A stretch of 64,000 nucleotides of DNA from Ilumatobacteraceae bacterium. GTDB lineage: Bacteria > Actinomycetota > Acidimicrobiia > Acidimicrobiales > Ilumatobacteraceae. The stretch is from contig JBIIRE010000001.1 in NCBI GenBank assembly GCA_044341655.1, positions 8,157 to 72,156 of the forward strand. Direction: 5' to 3'. The notes beneath the pieces were generated by a model that did not search any database, had not been told where the DNA came from, and saw nothing but the letters and a program-made list of their open reading frames with translations. Below, in pieces: positions 8,453-17,198 of this stretch; within the stretch, counting starts at the first letter, position 1; each line of letters starts with the position of its first letter. The position numbers and the translations under genes are program-made.

Positions 8453-9253
8453 CTAGCGAGATTCAAGCCCTTGCCGCATTGAAAGCAGATCCAAGGCGAG
8501 GTCTTTGTTTCCAGCTGCCACGAGTGTGCGGCGTCCATCAAAATCATTGTGAATAAGGCTTTGGCCTTGCATCTCAAACACGTGGCCGCGTGCTTCTTTG
8601 ATAATCAACATCGCTGCGGCGTAGTCCCAGACCGCATGCGAATCGAAATCAACCCAGCCGTCGAGCATGCCCGTCGCCACGAGACAAAGATCCAATGCAG
8701 CTGCTCCAAGCGCACGGTACTGCCACCACCCGTGCGACCTCTCGCGTGACCCCGATACACCAACTATGGATTCGCGTGGGTGGCGCATACCTTGGGTGCG
8801 AATTCTTATGCCATCGCGATACGCGCCTCTGTCACGAATTGCTGTGTATGTCTCATTGGTTGCAAGATTGCGAACGAATGCAGCCCGCAGCCCAACCGAA
8901 TCCACGAACGCGATCGAGGTTGCATACCATGGGATTCCGCGGTGGGCGTTAGTACTCCCATCAACAGGGTCGATAATCGCCACAATCGACTGATCCACAA
9001 TCGGCCAATCAATGGAGTCAAAGCCACTTTCTTCTGAGAAGATCGCAACACCGGCGTCACGAAGCACTTCACAGGCAACGTTGTCCGCAACGATATCGAG
9101 GCTGTACTGACCAATCCGCTTGCCCGACATGCCAGATGTCCCCGACCCGCGAATGTCACCACTCATCACTCTTCGCACACGTCGTGCTGCAAAATCTGCG
9201 AGATCGAGCAACTCTTGATGGCTTGAGTTGGCGTTAATAGAAGTCACCCTCAA
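8453..9253 (-). CDS. Inositol monophosphatase family protein (IMPase/SuhB/HisN-like)
   Basis: Motifs AIIDPVDGSTNAHRGIPWYATSIAF and WDYAAAMLIIKEARG. The start is TTG 9253 or GTG 9247. Confidence 0.85.
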   Translation of the reverse strand: MRVTSINANSSHQELLDLADFAARRVRRVMSGDIRGSGTSGMSGKRIGQYSLDIVADNVACEVLRDAGVAIFSEESGFDSIDWPIVDQSIVAIIDPVDGSTNAHRGIPWYATSIAFVDSVGLRAAFVRNLATNETYTAIRDRGAYRDGIRIRTQGMRHPRESIVGVSGSRERSHGWWQYRALGAAALDLCLVATGMLDGWVDFDSHAVWDYAAAMLIIKEARGHVFEMQGQSLIHNDFDGRRTLVAAGNKDLALDLLSMRQGLESR

Positions 9254-9269
9254 AAGGTAGTGTGAAATC

Positions 9270-9833
9270 GTGGCAGTTATGGATGTGGCGGGCTATGTGT
9301 CCGAAATTAAGAGTGATGCCATTGATCACGGATTCCATGTTCACGATGAACGCCACTTTGTGGAGACATACTCACTGCGCCAATTGTGGGAAGTTGATCT
9401 CCATCCAAACGAGGCGTGCCACGGACCAATCGACATGCATCTTTCACTCGAGGTAGACCCCCGCGAATTGCTGGGCTTTGAAGATGCCGTACTCGCAATG
9501 GACGACCCCGAAGGTGACCCACCTGAAGGCTTTTCTTTTCCTTTGCAGTTCACCTGGACTCTGCCACCACTCAAAAATCCGCCAGATCTCCTTGTTCTCG
9601 CCACCGAGATAGCCGGTATTGGTGGAGTGGACTTGCCAATAGAGGTCTCGGCGATTGACTCCTACGCATCAGTGACAGATGCGCCAGAGCGCAGCCTCAG
9701 TTTGGTGGCAAAGCTACGCGTGCCTTTGGCAGACATGTACAGAAACGACACCGACACCTTCTGCAGCATTCTCGATCGATGCCTTGAAGTGAGCAAGTCA
9801 TTGCTCGCGTCTGCTCCAGACTGGCTCGAGTAA
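9270..9833 (+). CDS. Hypothetical acidic protein
   Basis: A 187-aa ORF with no recognisable motif. The start is GTG 9270 or ATG 9279. Its stop abuts the kinase stop. Confidence 0.6.
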   Translation: MAVMDVAGYVSEIKSDAIDHGFHVHDERHFVETYSLRQLWEVDLHPNEACHGPIDMHLSLEVDPRELLGFEDAVLAMDDPEGDPPEGFSFPLQFTWTLPPLKNPPDLLVLATEIAGIGGVDLPIEVSAIDSYASVTDAPERSLSLVAKLRVPLADMYRNDTDTFCSILDRCLEVSKSLLASAPDWLE

Positions 9834-11285
9834 TTAGCTCGCTTCTATTGGCAGCGTGAGTACCGCGCAAAGCCCACGTGGCTCATTGGCCTTCAGTTCG
9901 CAATTTGCGCCGATTGCATCAGCCAGTTGCTGAACTATCGCAAGCCCAAGACCGGTTCCTTCGGGTCGACTGCTTGCTTCGGCACCACGCCAGAAACGGT
10001 CAAACGCACGCCCTCGGGCAGATTCTGACATTCCAAGCCCTGTATCACGCACCGTAATCAAGGCCTTATTTCCCTCGCGCTGAAGAGCAACAGTTATTGC
10101 TGTCCCCGTTGGCGTGTATTCAATTGCGTTGTCGATGAAATTGTCGACAATTTGTTCAACCGCTTCGGCAACTGTGTCAATCACAACTCCAGATTCAATA
10201 TTTGCCACCAGCGAATCACCCCGTTCTTCGGCAAGGGCTGTCCAAGCATTGACGCGCTCGAGAACTAGCTCGCTCACATCCACTCTTGCCAACGGCAACT
10301 GCATTCCATCTGATCGTGCAAGCTGCAATAGCTGCTCAATCAGGCGGCGCAGTCGATCCGCTTCGCTCATCGCGGCATCAATGTTCGCCATTGCCGAATC
10401 AGGGTCTCTGCCAATTTCTGCACCAGCTTGTTCAAGCCGCAGCCTCAAGGCTGTGAGCGGGGTGCGGAGTTGATGCGAGGCGTCACCAGCGAAAGCTTTC
10501 TGCTGCTGGATTACTGCCCCAAGACGATCAGCCATTTCATTGAATGATTGCGCAAGTTCACGGATCTCAGGCGGGCCAGCCTCCTCGGCGCGTACCACCA
10601 AATTTCCATCGGCTAACTCTTGTGTTCGTTTTTCAAGTCGCTTGATTGGTCGTGCGATGGCAGAAGCAGACACAAATGCGGCAACCGTTGCTGCGATGAT
10701 CGTCATTAGGGCCGCGATGACAATTCCAATCACCCTTGAACGCACTCGGTCGTCGACGATTGACTCAGCGAGTGTCAATCGCACTACTCCACGCACATTT
10801 GCACCACTGAGTACCGGCACAGCCACATAGACAATGTCGCCACCTAATGTTTCCGATGCACGAGCACCCGAAGTTGGGTTTCCCAGCAATGCGTCCGCAA
10901 CTTCGGGACGGTTCGTAAAGTCGGAGCCGATTGTGTCGTTTGGATCGCTGCTCGCAGTGAGATATCCATTTGCGTCAACAATCACGACTTTGGCTTCACC
11001 GGACACCTTGTACGAATCAATAGCCCACTTCATCAGTGCCGCCGACTGAGGTGTGCCAGCAGACGATGGGACTAATGCTTCTGTTACCTTCCCGGCAATT
11101 GTGAATGCATCGCGTTCAGTAGCGGTGTAAATCCGATCACGCTCAACACGCGATAAATGAAATGCAAGGGGCACATCGTGAACCACCAAGAACACCAGTG
11201 TTAGCCCGAGGAAAACCCCGAGAAGGCGAAGCTTCAACTTTGCACTTCCAATCGAAACCCGACGCCACGAACTGCCTGAATCCAT
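9834..11285 (-). CDS. Sensor histidine kinase (extracytoplasmic sensor, HAMP, HisKA, HATPase_c)
   Basis: H-box DASHQLRTPLTAL, N-box DNFIDNAIEYTP, G-boxes RDTGLGM and GTGLGLAIV, with an N-terminal TM plus a second TM before HAMP. The track start overlaps the regulator by 52 nt, so the true start may lie slightly downstream. Confidence 0.9.
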   Translation of the reverse strand: MDSGSSWRRVSIGSAKLKLRLLGVFLGLTLVFLVVHDVPLAFHLSRVERDRIYTATERDAFTIAGKVTEALVPSSAGTPQSAALMKWAIDSYKVSGEAKVVIVDANGYLTASSDPNDTIGSDFTNRPEVADALLGNPTSGARASETLGGDIVYVAVPVLSGANVRGVVRLTLAESIVDDRVRSRVIGIVIAALMTIIAATVAAFVSASAIARPIKRLEKRTQELADGNLVVRAEEAGPPEIRELAQSFNEMADRLGAVIQQQKAFAGDASHQLRTPLTALRLRLEQAGAEIGRDPDSAMANIDAAMSEADRLRRLIEQLLQLARSDGMQLPLARVDVSELVLERVNAWTALAEERGDSLVANIESGVVIDTVAEAVEQIVDNFIDNAIEYTPTGTAITVALQREGNKALITVRDTGLGMSESARGRAFDRFWRGAEASSRPEGTGLGLAIVQQLADAIGANCELKANEPRGLCAVLTLPIEAS

Positions 11286-11944
11286 TCAGGGTTGCCCAAC
11301 TTCTTGCGTAGCGCCGCAATGTGCGCATCGAGAGTCTTGGTGGGGCCGTACCAGTTCACATCCCACACATGTTCGAGGATGTCGGTTCGCCGGTGCACTA
11401 CCCCGGGTTCTGCGGCGAGGTATACGAGTAAGTCAAACTCTTTCGTGGTTAGCTGCAACTCCTCACCATCTAAAAGTGCACGACGCGTTCGCTCATCAAT
11501 TGACAATGAACCAAGATCAATCGGTCCACTAACCACGGAGTCGGCCATGCCGGCTCGACGCGTTACTGCACGAATGCGTGCAACTAATTCGCGGAAGCCG
11601 AACGGCTTAGTTACATAGTCATCTGCTCCGAGTTCTAAGCCCACCACACGGTCCAGTTCTTCGCTGCGTGCGGTCAACAGGATTATCGGCACCATTGATG
11701 AATTACGTATCTGCCGACACACATCAAACCCGTCCATATCGGGCAGGCCAATGTCCAAAAGCACAACATCGACCGCGGGAGCGGACAGGGCTCCAGCGCC
11801 AGTGCTCACATGCGTAACCGTGAAACCATTGGCCTGAAGACCTTCGACCAGCGATGCGGCAATTGATGGATCGTCTTCGACCAGGAGAACCTTCACCTCA
11901 ACAGTCTTGCCGACCCCGTGATTTCTTGGATATTTCTTTGACAA
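11234..11944 (-). CDS. OmpR/PhoB-family response regulator
   Basis: Receiver motifs VLLVEDD and VVLLDIGLPDMDG, winged helix VRGVGFRL. The start is TTG 11944 or GTG 11896. Confidence 0.9.
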   Translation of the reverse strand: MSKKYPRNHGVGKTVEVKVLLVEDDPSIAASLVEGLQANGFTVTHVSTGAGALSAPAVDVVLLDIGLPDMDGFDVCRQIRNSSMVPIILLTARSEELDRVVGLELGADDYVTKPFGFRELVARIRAVTRRAGMADSVVSGPIDLGSLSIDERTRRALLDGEELQLTTKEFDLLVYLAAEPGVVHRRTDILEHVWDVNWYGPTKTLDAHIAALRKKLGNPEWIQAVRGVGFRLEVQS

Positions 11945-11987
11945 ACTCCGAACCAGCCTTGGATATGCGTTTTATAGGTTGGACTAC

Positions 11988-12665
11988 ATGAAATCTTCCA
12001 TCGCAACCGCACTATCGGTCACCGGCATCATTGCTGCTGGTGCCGTAGCACTCGCAGCCAATACCAACCTCCTAGATGGAGGTGTCTCCACGGTCAAAGG
12101 CGCACCAGCCCTTGCGGCCAACGTTGTATCTGCTGCTGCTCTCAGTTCGACCACAACCGTCGCGGGAGATTCACTGAATCCCTCGAACAATGGAACCGGC
12201 TGCGTCGGCAAGTGCGGGACTCTTGGGATCAGTTCCACTGACAGCGATGGATCGCCTGATACATCGGTGCCAGACACAACAACACCCGCCGCCGAAGGCG
12301 AGTCAACCACATTCACAATCCCTGAGGTTGGTGATGTAACCGTCACCGTGACCAATGGACTGCTCACGATTGCCGGGGTCAACACTCTCGAGGGCTGGAT
12401 TCATGAAGTCGAGCTTTCACACAACTCGGAGGGCTACGAAGTGGAGTTCTACAACACTTCAACCGGCGTTGAATACAAATTCAATGTGGCGCTGATTGAT
12501 GGTCGATTCGTCACTTCCATTCGTGACACCACCGATCGCCCAGATGAACCACGCCCACCATCGGATGACGACGAGTACGAAGACGAAGATGAATACGAGG
12601 ATGAAGATGAAGATCATGAGGACGAAGATCATGACGATGATGAAGACGAATATGAGGATGACTGA
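11988..12665 (+). CDS. Secreted or membrane-anchored protein with a small beta-rich (PepSY-like?) domain and a 33-residue polyacidic D/E/Y/H tail
   Basis: Signal/anchor MKSSIATALSVTGIIAAGAVALAA and a globular segment TFTIPEVGDVTVTVTNGLLTIAG..YEVEFYNTSTGVEYKFNVALIDGRF. The tail is DDDEYEDEDEYEDEDEDHEDEDHDDDEDEYEDD. The track start is TTG 11979. Confidence 0.75.
   Translation: MKSSIATALSVTGIIAAGAVALAANTNLLDGGVSTVKGAPALAANVVSAAALSSTTTVAGDSLNPSNNGTGCVGKCGTLGISSTDSDGSPDTSVPDTTTPAAEGESTTFTIPEVGDVTVTVTNGLLTIAGVNTLEGWIHEVELSHNSEGYEVEFYNTSTGVEYKFNVALIDGRFVTSIRDTTDRPDEPRPPSDDDEYEDEDEYEDEDEDHEDEDHDDDEDEYEDD
12564..12662 (+). repeat. Low-complexity GAY/GAR coding repeat (polyacidic tail); the 18-nt EYEDED unit occurs twice
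   Basis: Directly visible as gacgacgagtacgaagacgaagat gaatacgaggatgaagat gaagatcatgaggacgaagatcatgac... Confidence 0.9.
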
Positions 12666-12667
12666 AA

Positions 12668-13105
12668 ATGTCTGATCAAGTCGCCCGCAAGAAGTCCAAG
12701 CACGTCGCGTCATCAGCGCGGATTTTCGCCACCGGCTTGACTGCTACTGCAGTATTGGGTCTCACTTCAACCCTCGCCTTAGCTAAGCCGTCGTGGAGTG
12801 ACTCGAGTGCCGCTACCTCACCAGACACAACTGTGGCCGCACTTCTGGCACCAGCCCCAGTGGCTCCAGACGCCATGCCAACGCAGTCGAATGGTCAAGC
12901 GATATCGCAATCAGTTGCGACCCCTACTGCGCCACCCCCAGCCCTGAGCGCGCCGGCACCCGCTGTGCCCGTCACCACGGTTCCCGCTACGAATACGCCA
13001 GCGAACAACAACAACCAATCACCAGTTGTCGTAAACGTTCCCGTGCCAGTGCCGCCAAGCAATGGCAACAACACCAGCGCACCAACACAATCCAACGGGT
13101 CGTAA
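12668..13105 (+). CDS. Membrane-anchored, Pro/Ala/Thr/Asn-rich, probably disordered protein
   Basis: Basic N-terminus (ARKKSKH), one TM (IFATGLTATAVLGLTSTLALA), then low-complexity sequence to the end. It starts 2 nt after the preceding stop. Confidence 0.6.
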   Translation: MSDQVARKKSKHVASSARIFATGLTATAVLGLTSTLALAKPSWSDSSAATSPDTTVAALLAPAPVAPDAMPTQSNGQAISQSVATPTAPPPALSAPAPAVPVTTVPATNTPANNNNQSPVVVNVPVPVPPSNGNNTSAPTQSNGS

Positions 13106-13109
13106 ATAC

Positions 13110-13709
13110 ATGGTGTCAGCTATCACCAATGATCAGTTTTGGTGGCACCTGAGTCGAGCGTCAGGGATTGTCGCTTGGGTACTCGTTTCGGCAGCTACCG
13201 CGTGGGGAATCCTGCTCTCCACTCGACTACTGAAGCCATACGACCGCCCCGCATGGCTGCTCGATCTCCATCGCTGGCTTGGATGGCTTTCGATCAGCAC
13301 AATCGCCTTGCATATCGCATCGCTGGTGGCTGACACCTTCGAACCACAATGGGCGTGGTCCGAAATTCTGATACCTATGAATACAAGCTGGAAGCCTGGC
13401 CCCGTTGCATGGGGAATTGTGGCGATGTACATCTTTGGTGCTGTCCAATTGTCTTCACTCTTCATGAAGAAGCTGCCAAAGAGTGTCTGGCGTTCGATTC
13501 ACATGACCAGTTACGCAGGCTGTGTCGCAACCACAGTGCATGCAGTAACCGCGGGCACCGATCGTTCAAACCCGATTTATAGCGCCTTGGCCGTGGCACT
13601 GTCGGTGCTGCTCTTGGCCTTAACTGGTATTCGAATTCTCTACGCCGGCAAGCCGCGCACCCGCGAAGTAGTTCGCCGCACGCCAACACCGCAGGACTCA
13701 GAAGTCTGA
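13110..13709 (+). CDS. Ferric-reductase-like transmembrane domain protein (MsrQ/YedZ-like di-heme b membrane component)
   Basis: About six TM helices with His pairs in the expected helices (LHRWLGWLSISTIALHIA; HMTSYAGCVATTVHAV). ATG 13110 lies 4 nt after the upstream stop. The track start is 13062. Confidence 0.8.
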   Translation: MVSAITNDQFWWHLSRASGIVAWVLVSAATAWGILLSTRLLKPYDRPAWLLDLHRWLGWLSISTIALHIASLVADTFEPQWAWSEILIPMNTSWKPGPVAWGIVAMYIFGAVQLSSLFMKKLPKSVWRSIHMTSYAGCVATTVHAVTAGTDRSNPIYSALAVALSVLLLALTGIRILYAGKPRTREVVRRTPTPQDSEV

Positions 13710-13710
13710 G

Positions 13711-14604
13711 TCAGGGCTGAGGAAACGGCTGATTCGCCAATCGCGGCACCATAGAAGTGACTGCGTCATAGAGAAATTTGTGAACCCTTGCAGGGCTGGC
13801 ATTGCGTCGCCAGTTTTCCTTGTTCATTGGTGCCACTGAACGCATTTCGGCCATCCGCACGGGATCATTGCTGAGCTCTAAAACATGGTCTGCCAAGGAC
13901 TCAAAAGATTCAAATGAATTTCCATTAACAAACGACCCTGGGTTGAAGTCATACTCAATGCTCAGATCGCCCCAGTAGATGGGGATTGCGCCGGCTTTGA
14001 ATGCATCGGTGATTTTCTCGGTGATGTATCCACGATGCCTGCTGTTTTCAGCGGCGATTACAAATTGGAATTGTTTCAGATACTCGACTTTGCTGTCTCG
14101 CCAATCCGCAGTTCGCCTGCCCGCCAAATCAGCCGTTGTGTTGTTGAACAATTTGCCTGGCGCTTCGACAAACTTACGAGCATGTAACGCGTGGAACAGC
14201 CGATTTCGTGGCTCGCACCTCGGATTCGTATAGACAAACGCGCAAAATTTCCCGCCAGCTTCGGGGGCTCGTTCGCTTGATGGTTTCATCAACCAGCGCG
14301 CTGGCGACCGCCAAGCCCAGAATGGATACCGCAGATAGTTGGGGTTCTTGATTCGGTCGGGCCCGATTGCGTAATCAGCCTCATCGAAATTCGGGCGCAC
14401 ATTTTCGCCAACAACGTGAATTTTGGGTCCATCAAATTCGCGATGTGATTCGCCAAAGCAGGAGTAAATGCAGATCTCGCCAGGAGAGCCGATGCTGACA
14501 TCACACCATTGCGCGATGGAACGAATTGCAAAGTGTTTCAGTGGATCTCGAAATCGCGGGCCAGTATCCCGAAATTCAATCGTCAATTTCGGGCGAGCGT
14601 CCAC
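13711..14604 (-). CDS. Glycosyltransferase family 10 (alpha-1,3/4-fucosyltransferase-like)
   Basis: FQFVIAAENSRHRGYITEKITDAFKAGAIPIYWGD matches the GT10 signature FxxxFENSxxxxYxTEK..D plus IPIYWG. GTG start. Confidence 0.8.
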   Translation of the reverse strand: MDARPKLTIEFRDTGPRFRDPLKHFAIRSIAQWCDVSIGSPGEICIYSCFGESHREFDGPKIHVVGENVRPNFDEADYAIGPDRIKNPNYLRYPFWAWRSPARWLMKPSSERAPEAGGKFCAFVYTNPRCEPRNRLFHALHARKFVEAPGKLFNNTTADLAGRRTADWRDSKVEYLKQFQFVIAAENSRHRGYITEKITDAFKAGAIPIYWGDLSIEYDFNPGSFVNGNSFESFESLADHVLELSNDPVRMAEMRSVAPMNKENWRRNASPARVHKFLYDAVTSMVPRLANQPFPQP

Positions 14605-14624
14605 GTAGCGAAACTAACCCACTT

Positions 14625-15296
14625 TTAGTTCAAATACGTGTCATACCAGTCGAGCATTCGTTGCCATGCGTCACTGGCTGACTCGGCATGAAAACTTGCG
14701 CGCGCATCACAGTTAAAGCCGTGGTCGGCATCTTTGTACCGAATTATCTCTACAGCACACGGACTCGACTTACTGGCCGTACGCAACTCCTCAACATCTT
14801 CCACTGGGATGCTCTGGTCTTTGTCCCCGAAGAGACCCAGCCAAGGCGCATTGAGATGTTGCACTGCCTCGATCTGAGATGGGAAGAACCAGCGTCCCTT
14901 TATGCCACCTCCGTAAAAGCCCACTCCAGCACCTATATCTCGAGTGGCTGCAACATGCATAGAAATACTTCCTCCCATACAGAAGCCAACTATTCCAATC
15001 TTGGAAGTTGCTACACCCGAGTCACTAATCGCACCAATTGCAGCATCAATGTCTTCCATTACGCCATCCATAGTCATTGCCTCGATGTGGCTGAAGATGC
15101 TCGAGAAATCGTCATAGGCAAAGACGTGATCACCAGTGCGGTGAAACATGTGAGGGGCCACTGCCATATATCCATCACGTGCTAGACGCTCACAGAGATC
15201 AATAATGTGGTCATTGACACCAAATGCCTCCTGCACCACGATCACAGCACGCCTAGGCGTACCCTCTGGCATTCGAATAGTTAGTGGCGTAGACAC
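14625..15296 (-). CDS. Dienelactone hydrolase family protein
   Basis: Motifs AVIVVQEAFGVNDHIIDLCERLARDGYMAVAPHMF, nucleophile GFCMGG and C-terminal ADHGF. GTG start. Confidence 0.85.
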   Translation of the reverse strand: MSTPLTIRMPEGTPRRAVIVVQEAFGVNDHIIDLCERLARDGYMAVAPHMFHRTGDHVFAYDDFSSIFSHIEAMTMDGVMEDIDAAIGAISDSGVATSKIGIVGFCMGGSISMHVAATRDIGAGVGFYGGGIKGRWFFPSQIEAVQHLNAPWLGLFGDKDQSIPVEDVEELRTASKSSPCAVEIIRYKDADHGFNCDARASFHAESASDAWQRMLDWYDTYLN

Positions 15297-15339
15297 AACA
15301 CGATTCTAAGTGGATTCAAAGTGTCCTAACATCAGAGCC

Positions 15340-16734
15340 ATGAGTGCACAAGGTGATGTGACCGTTGGTATCGACATCGGTACCACTTCGGTAAAGGCTG
15401 TCTCCGTTGATGGCGCCGGAGATGTACTTGCAAGGGCCCGCATTCCACATCTGATGCTGAGTCCCGTGGCAGGTGCATTCGAACACGACATTGCAAGAGC
15501 ATGGCAAGCCAATGTCCGAGAAGCGCTTGCACATGTTGCAACTGGTCTTGAAGTTGCTGCCGTAAACGTTTCGGCCATGGTGCCGTCTTTAGGGGCCCTC
15601 ACTTCAGAGGGCAAACCCTGCTCGCCTGGTCTCTTATATGGCGACTACCGCGGTGTCACTGAAACCAACAAGCCAGGCGATCCCGGTGATGCAGGCGAAC
15701 TGCTCACGTTCTTGTCATGGCTAACCAAGAATGCACCCGACGCGGAACACTTCTGGCCCGCACAAGCAGTTGCTAATCATGCATTGTGCGGCACAGGCGC
15801 AATTGAATCAATCCCGGCCATGTCGGCATTTCCTCTCTACAACGGCCGAAGTTGGGATGAAGAAAAGTTGACTGAAGTCGGCGTATCGCCCGAGTCGCTA
15901 CCCACAGTCGTGCGCGGCGCGCAACCAATTGGTGTTGTGCAGGGTGATGGTGTCGCATCTGGTGCCCTCGTAGGAGGAGGCACAATTGATGCATTCGGTG
16001 AACAGATTGTGGCTGGAGCCGACAACGACGGTGATGTCTTAGTGATCTGTGGCGCAACACTGATCACCTGGGCAGTTGCCGAATCCGATAATGCGTCACG
16101 CGAGGGTGCTGGACTCTGGAGCATTCCCCACACCGCCACAGGAAAACTGCTCCTTGGTGGCCCGAGTAACGCTGGCGGAATATTTGTTGATCGCGCTCAT
16201 CGATGGCTGGGAGTGTCTCCAACCGAACCACTTGAAGACATGGCGCCCGATGACATCCCGATCTGGCTTCCATACGTGCGTGGAGAGCGCACCCCTATAC
16301 ACCGTCGCAATTTACGAGCCGAGCTTCACAACTTGGCGATTCACCATGAAACCACGCATCTGCGTCGCGCCGTTTATGAAGCATCAGGTTTCGTAGTGCG
16401 GCACCATTTGGATCTTGCAACGCGACGCGGGGCCGAGCCAAAGCGGCTCGTCGTAACTGGTGGTGGTAGCCGATCACAAGCTTGGCTTCAGGCACTTGCT
16501 GATACCACGGGACTTCCAGTTGATGTCGTGAACACACCTGAAGGTGCTGCACTTGGTTCAGCTTTTATCGCTCGTTGTGTAGCAGGTCTTGAAGAAAACA
16601 TTCTTGAAGCGCGCCGCTGGGCGAAGGTGTCGCGACGCGTCGAGCCACAAACACGCTGGCGCGAGCACACCGAGAATCGCTACCAACGCTTTCTACATCT
16701 CACCAATGAGGCGGTCAAAGGCTCAAATACCTAG
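15340..16734 (+). CDS. FGGY-family carbohydrate kinase
   Basis: Motifs VTVGIDIGTTSVKAV, VVTGGGSRSQAWLQALAD and EGAALGSAFIA. ATG 15340 is preferred over the track start 15310. Confidence 0.85.
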   Translation: MSAQGDVTVGIDIGTTSVKAVSVDGAGDVLARARIPHLMLSPVAGAFEHDIARAWQANVREALAHVATGLEVAAVNVSAMVPSLGALTSEGKPCSPGLLYGDYRGVTETNKPGDPGDAGELLTFLSWLTKNAPDAEHFWPAQAVANHALCGTGAIESIPAMSAFPLYNGRSWDEEKLTEVGVSPESLPTVVRGAQPIGVVQGDGVASGALVGGGTIDAFGEQIVAGADNDGDVLVICGATLITWAVAESDNASREGAGLWSIPHTATGKLLLGGPSNAGGIFVDRAHRWLGVSPTEPLEDMAPDDIPIWLPYVRGERTPIHRRNLRAELHNLAIHHETTHLRRAVYEASGFVVRHHLDLATRRGAEPKRLVVTGGGSRSQAWLQALADTTGLPVDVVNTPEGAALGSAFIARCVAGLEENILEARRWAKVSRRVEPQTRWREHTENRYQRFLHLTNEAVKGSNT

Positions 16735-17198
16735 CTTGGCGAAACTCCCGAAGAGAGGATTTCAAAATATTGAATTTCCAACATCAGGGGAAGCTGATAT
16801 TTAACGTAAAAAGAGTGCAGCCGGATGACGCCAGCAAAATCTTCGAAAAAAGGCTCTATGAGCTCAACTTCCTCGGGTAAACGTGCCTTCCAGGCTGTAG
16901 CGCGCCTGGCGACCTCCTCGAAATCTTCAAGAGTCGAGACCGAAAGCCCGAAATGATCAGCAGCAGGTGCTTTCATCGGGTTAGAACTACCAGTCACATA
17001 GATGAACTGCTCATGTGTGTGAAGACCAAGAACCAGCTGTTCTCCTTCTTTGGTCATCTCGGCATATTCAACAGCACCAAGTAAGTCGGCATAGAAATCA
17101 AGAATCTTTTTGCGACCAACGGCATCTAGTTGATCCGCGCCAACGGAGACCGCCACGTGGTTGAATCGTGGTGGGCGAGAGAAATTGGGCCCACTCAC
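16731..17198 (-). CDS. VOC/glyoxalase-bleomycin-resistance-fold protein
   Basis: RFNHVAVSV near the N-terminus, about 155 aa. GTGA overlap with the upstream ADH. Confidence 0.7.
   Translation of the reverse strand: MSGPNFSRPPRFNHVAVSVGADQLDAVGRKKILDFYADLLGAVEYAEMTKEGEQLVLGLHTHEQFIYVTGSSNPMKAPAADHFGLSVSTLEDFEEVARRATAWKARLPEEVELIEPFFEDFAGVIRLHSFYVKYQLPLMLEIQYFEILSSGVSPS

Noticed and set aside
8431-8460. Inverted repeat CTCGCTA...TAGCGAG at the IMPase stop, considered as a terminator.
   Set aside because: The stem is only 7 bp with a 16-nt A-rich loop and no downstream T-tract on the minus strand. This is not enough for a terminator call.
11984-12713. Minus-strand ORFs of 133 aa and 84 aa. The latter reads like a hyper-hydrophobic VILIFVFIIVMIF peptide.
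   Set aside because: They are mirror images of the secreted acidic protein gene. The hydrophobic peptide is simply the antisense reading of the GAY/GAR acidic repeat.
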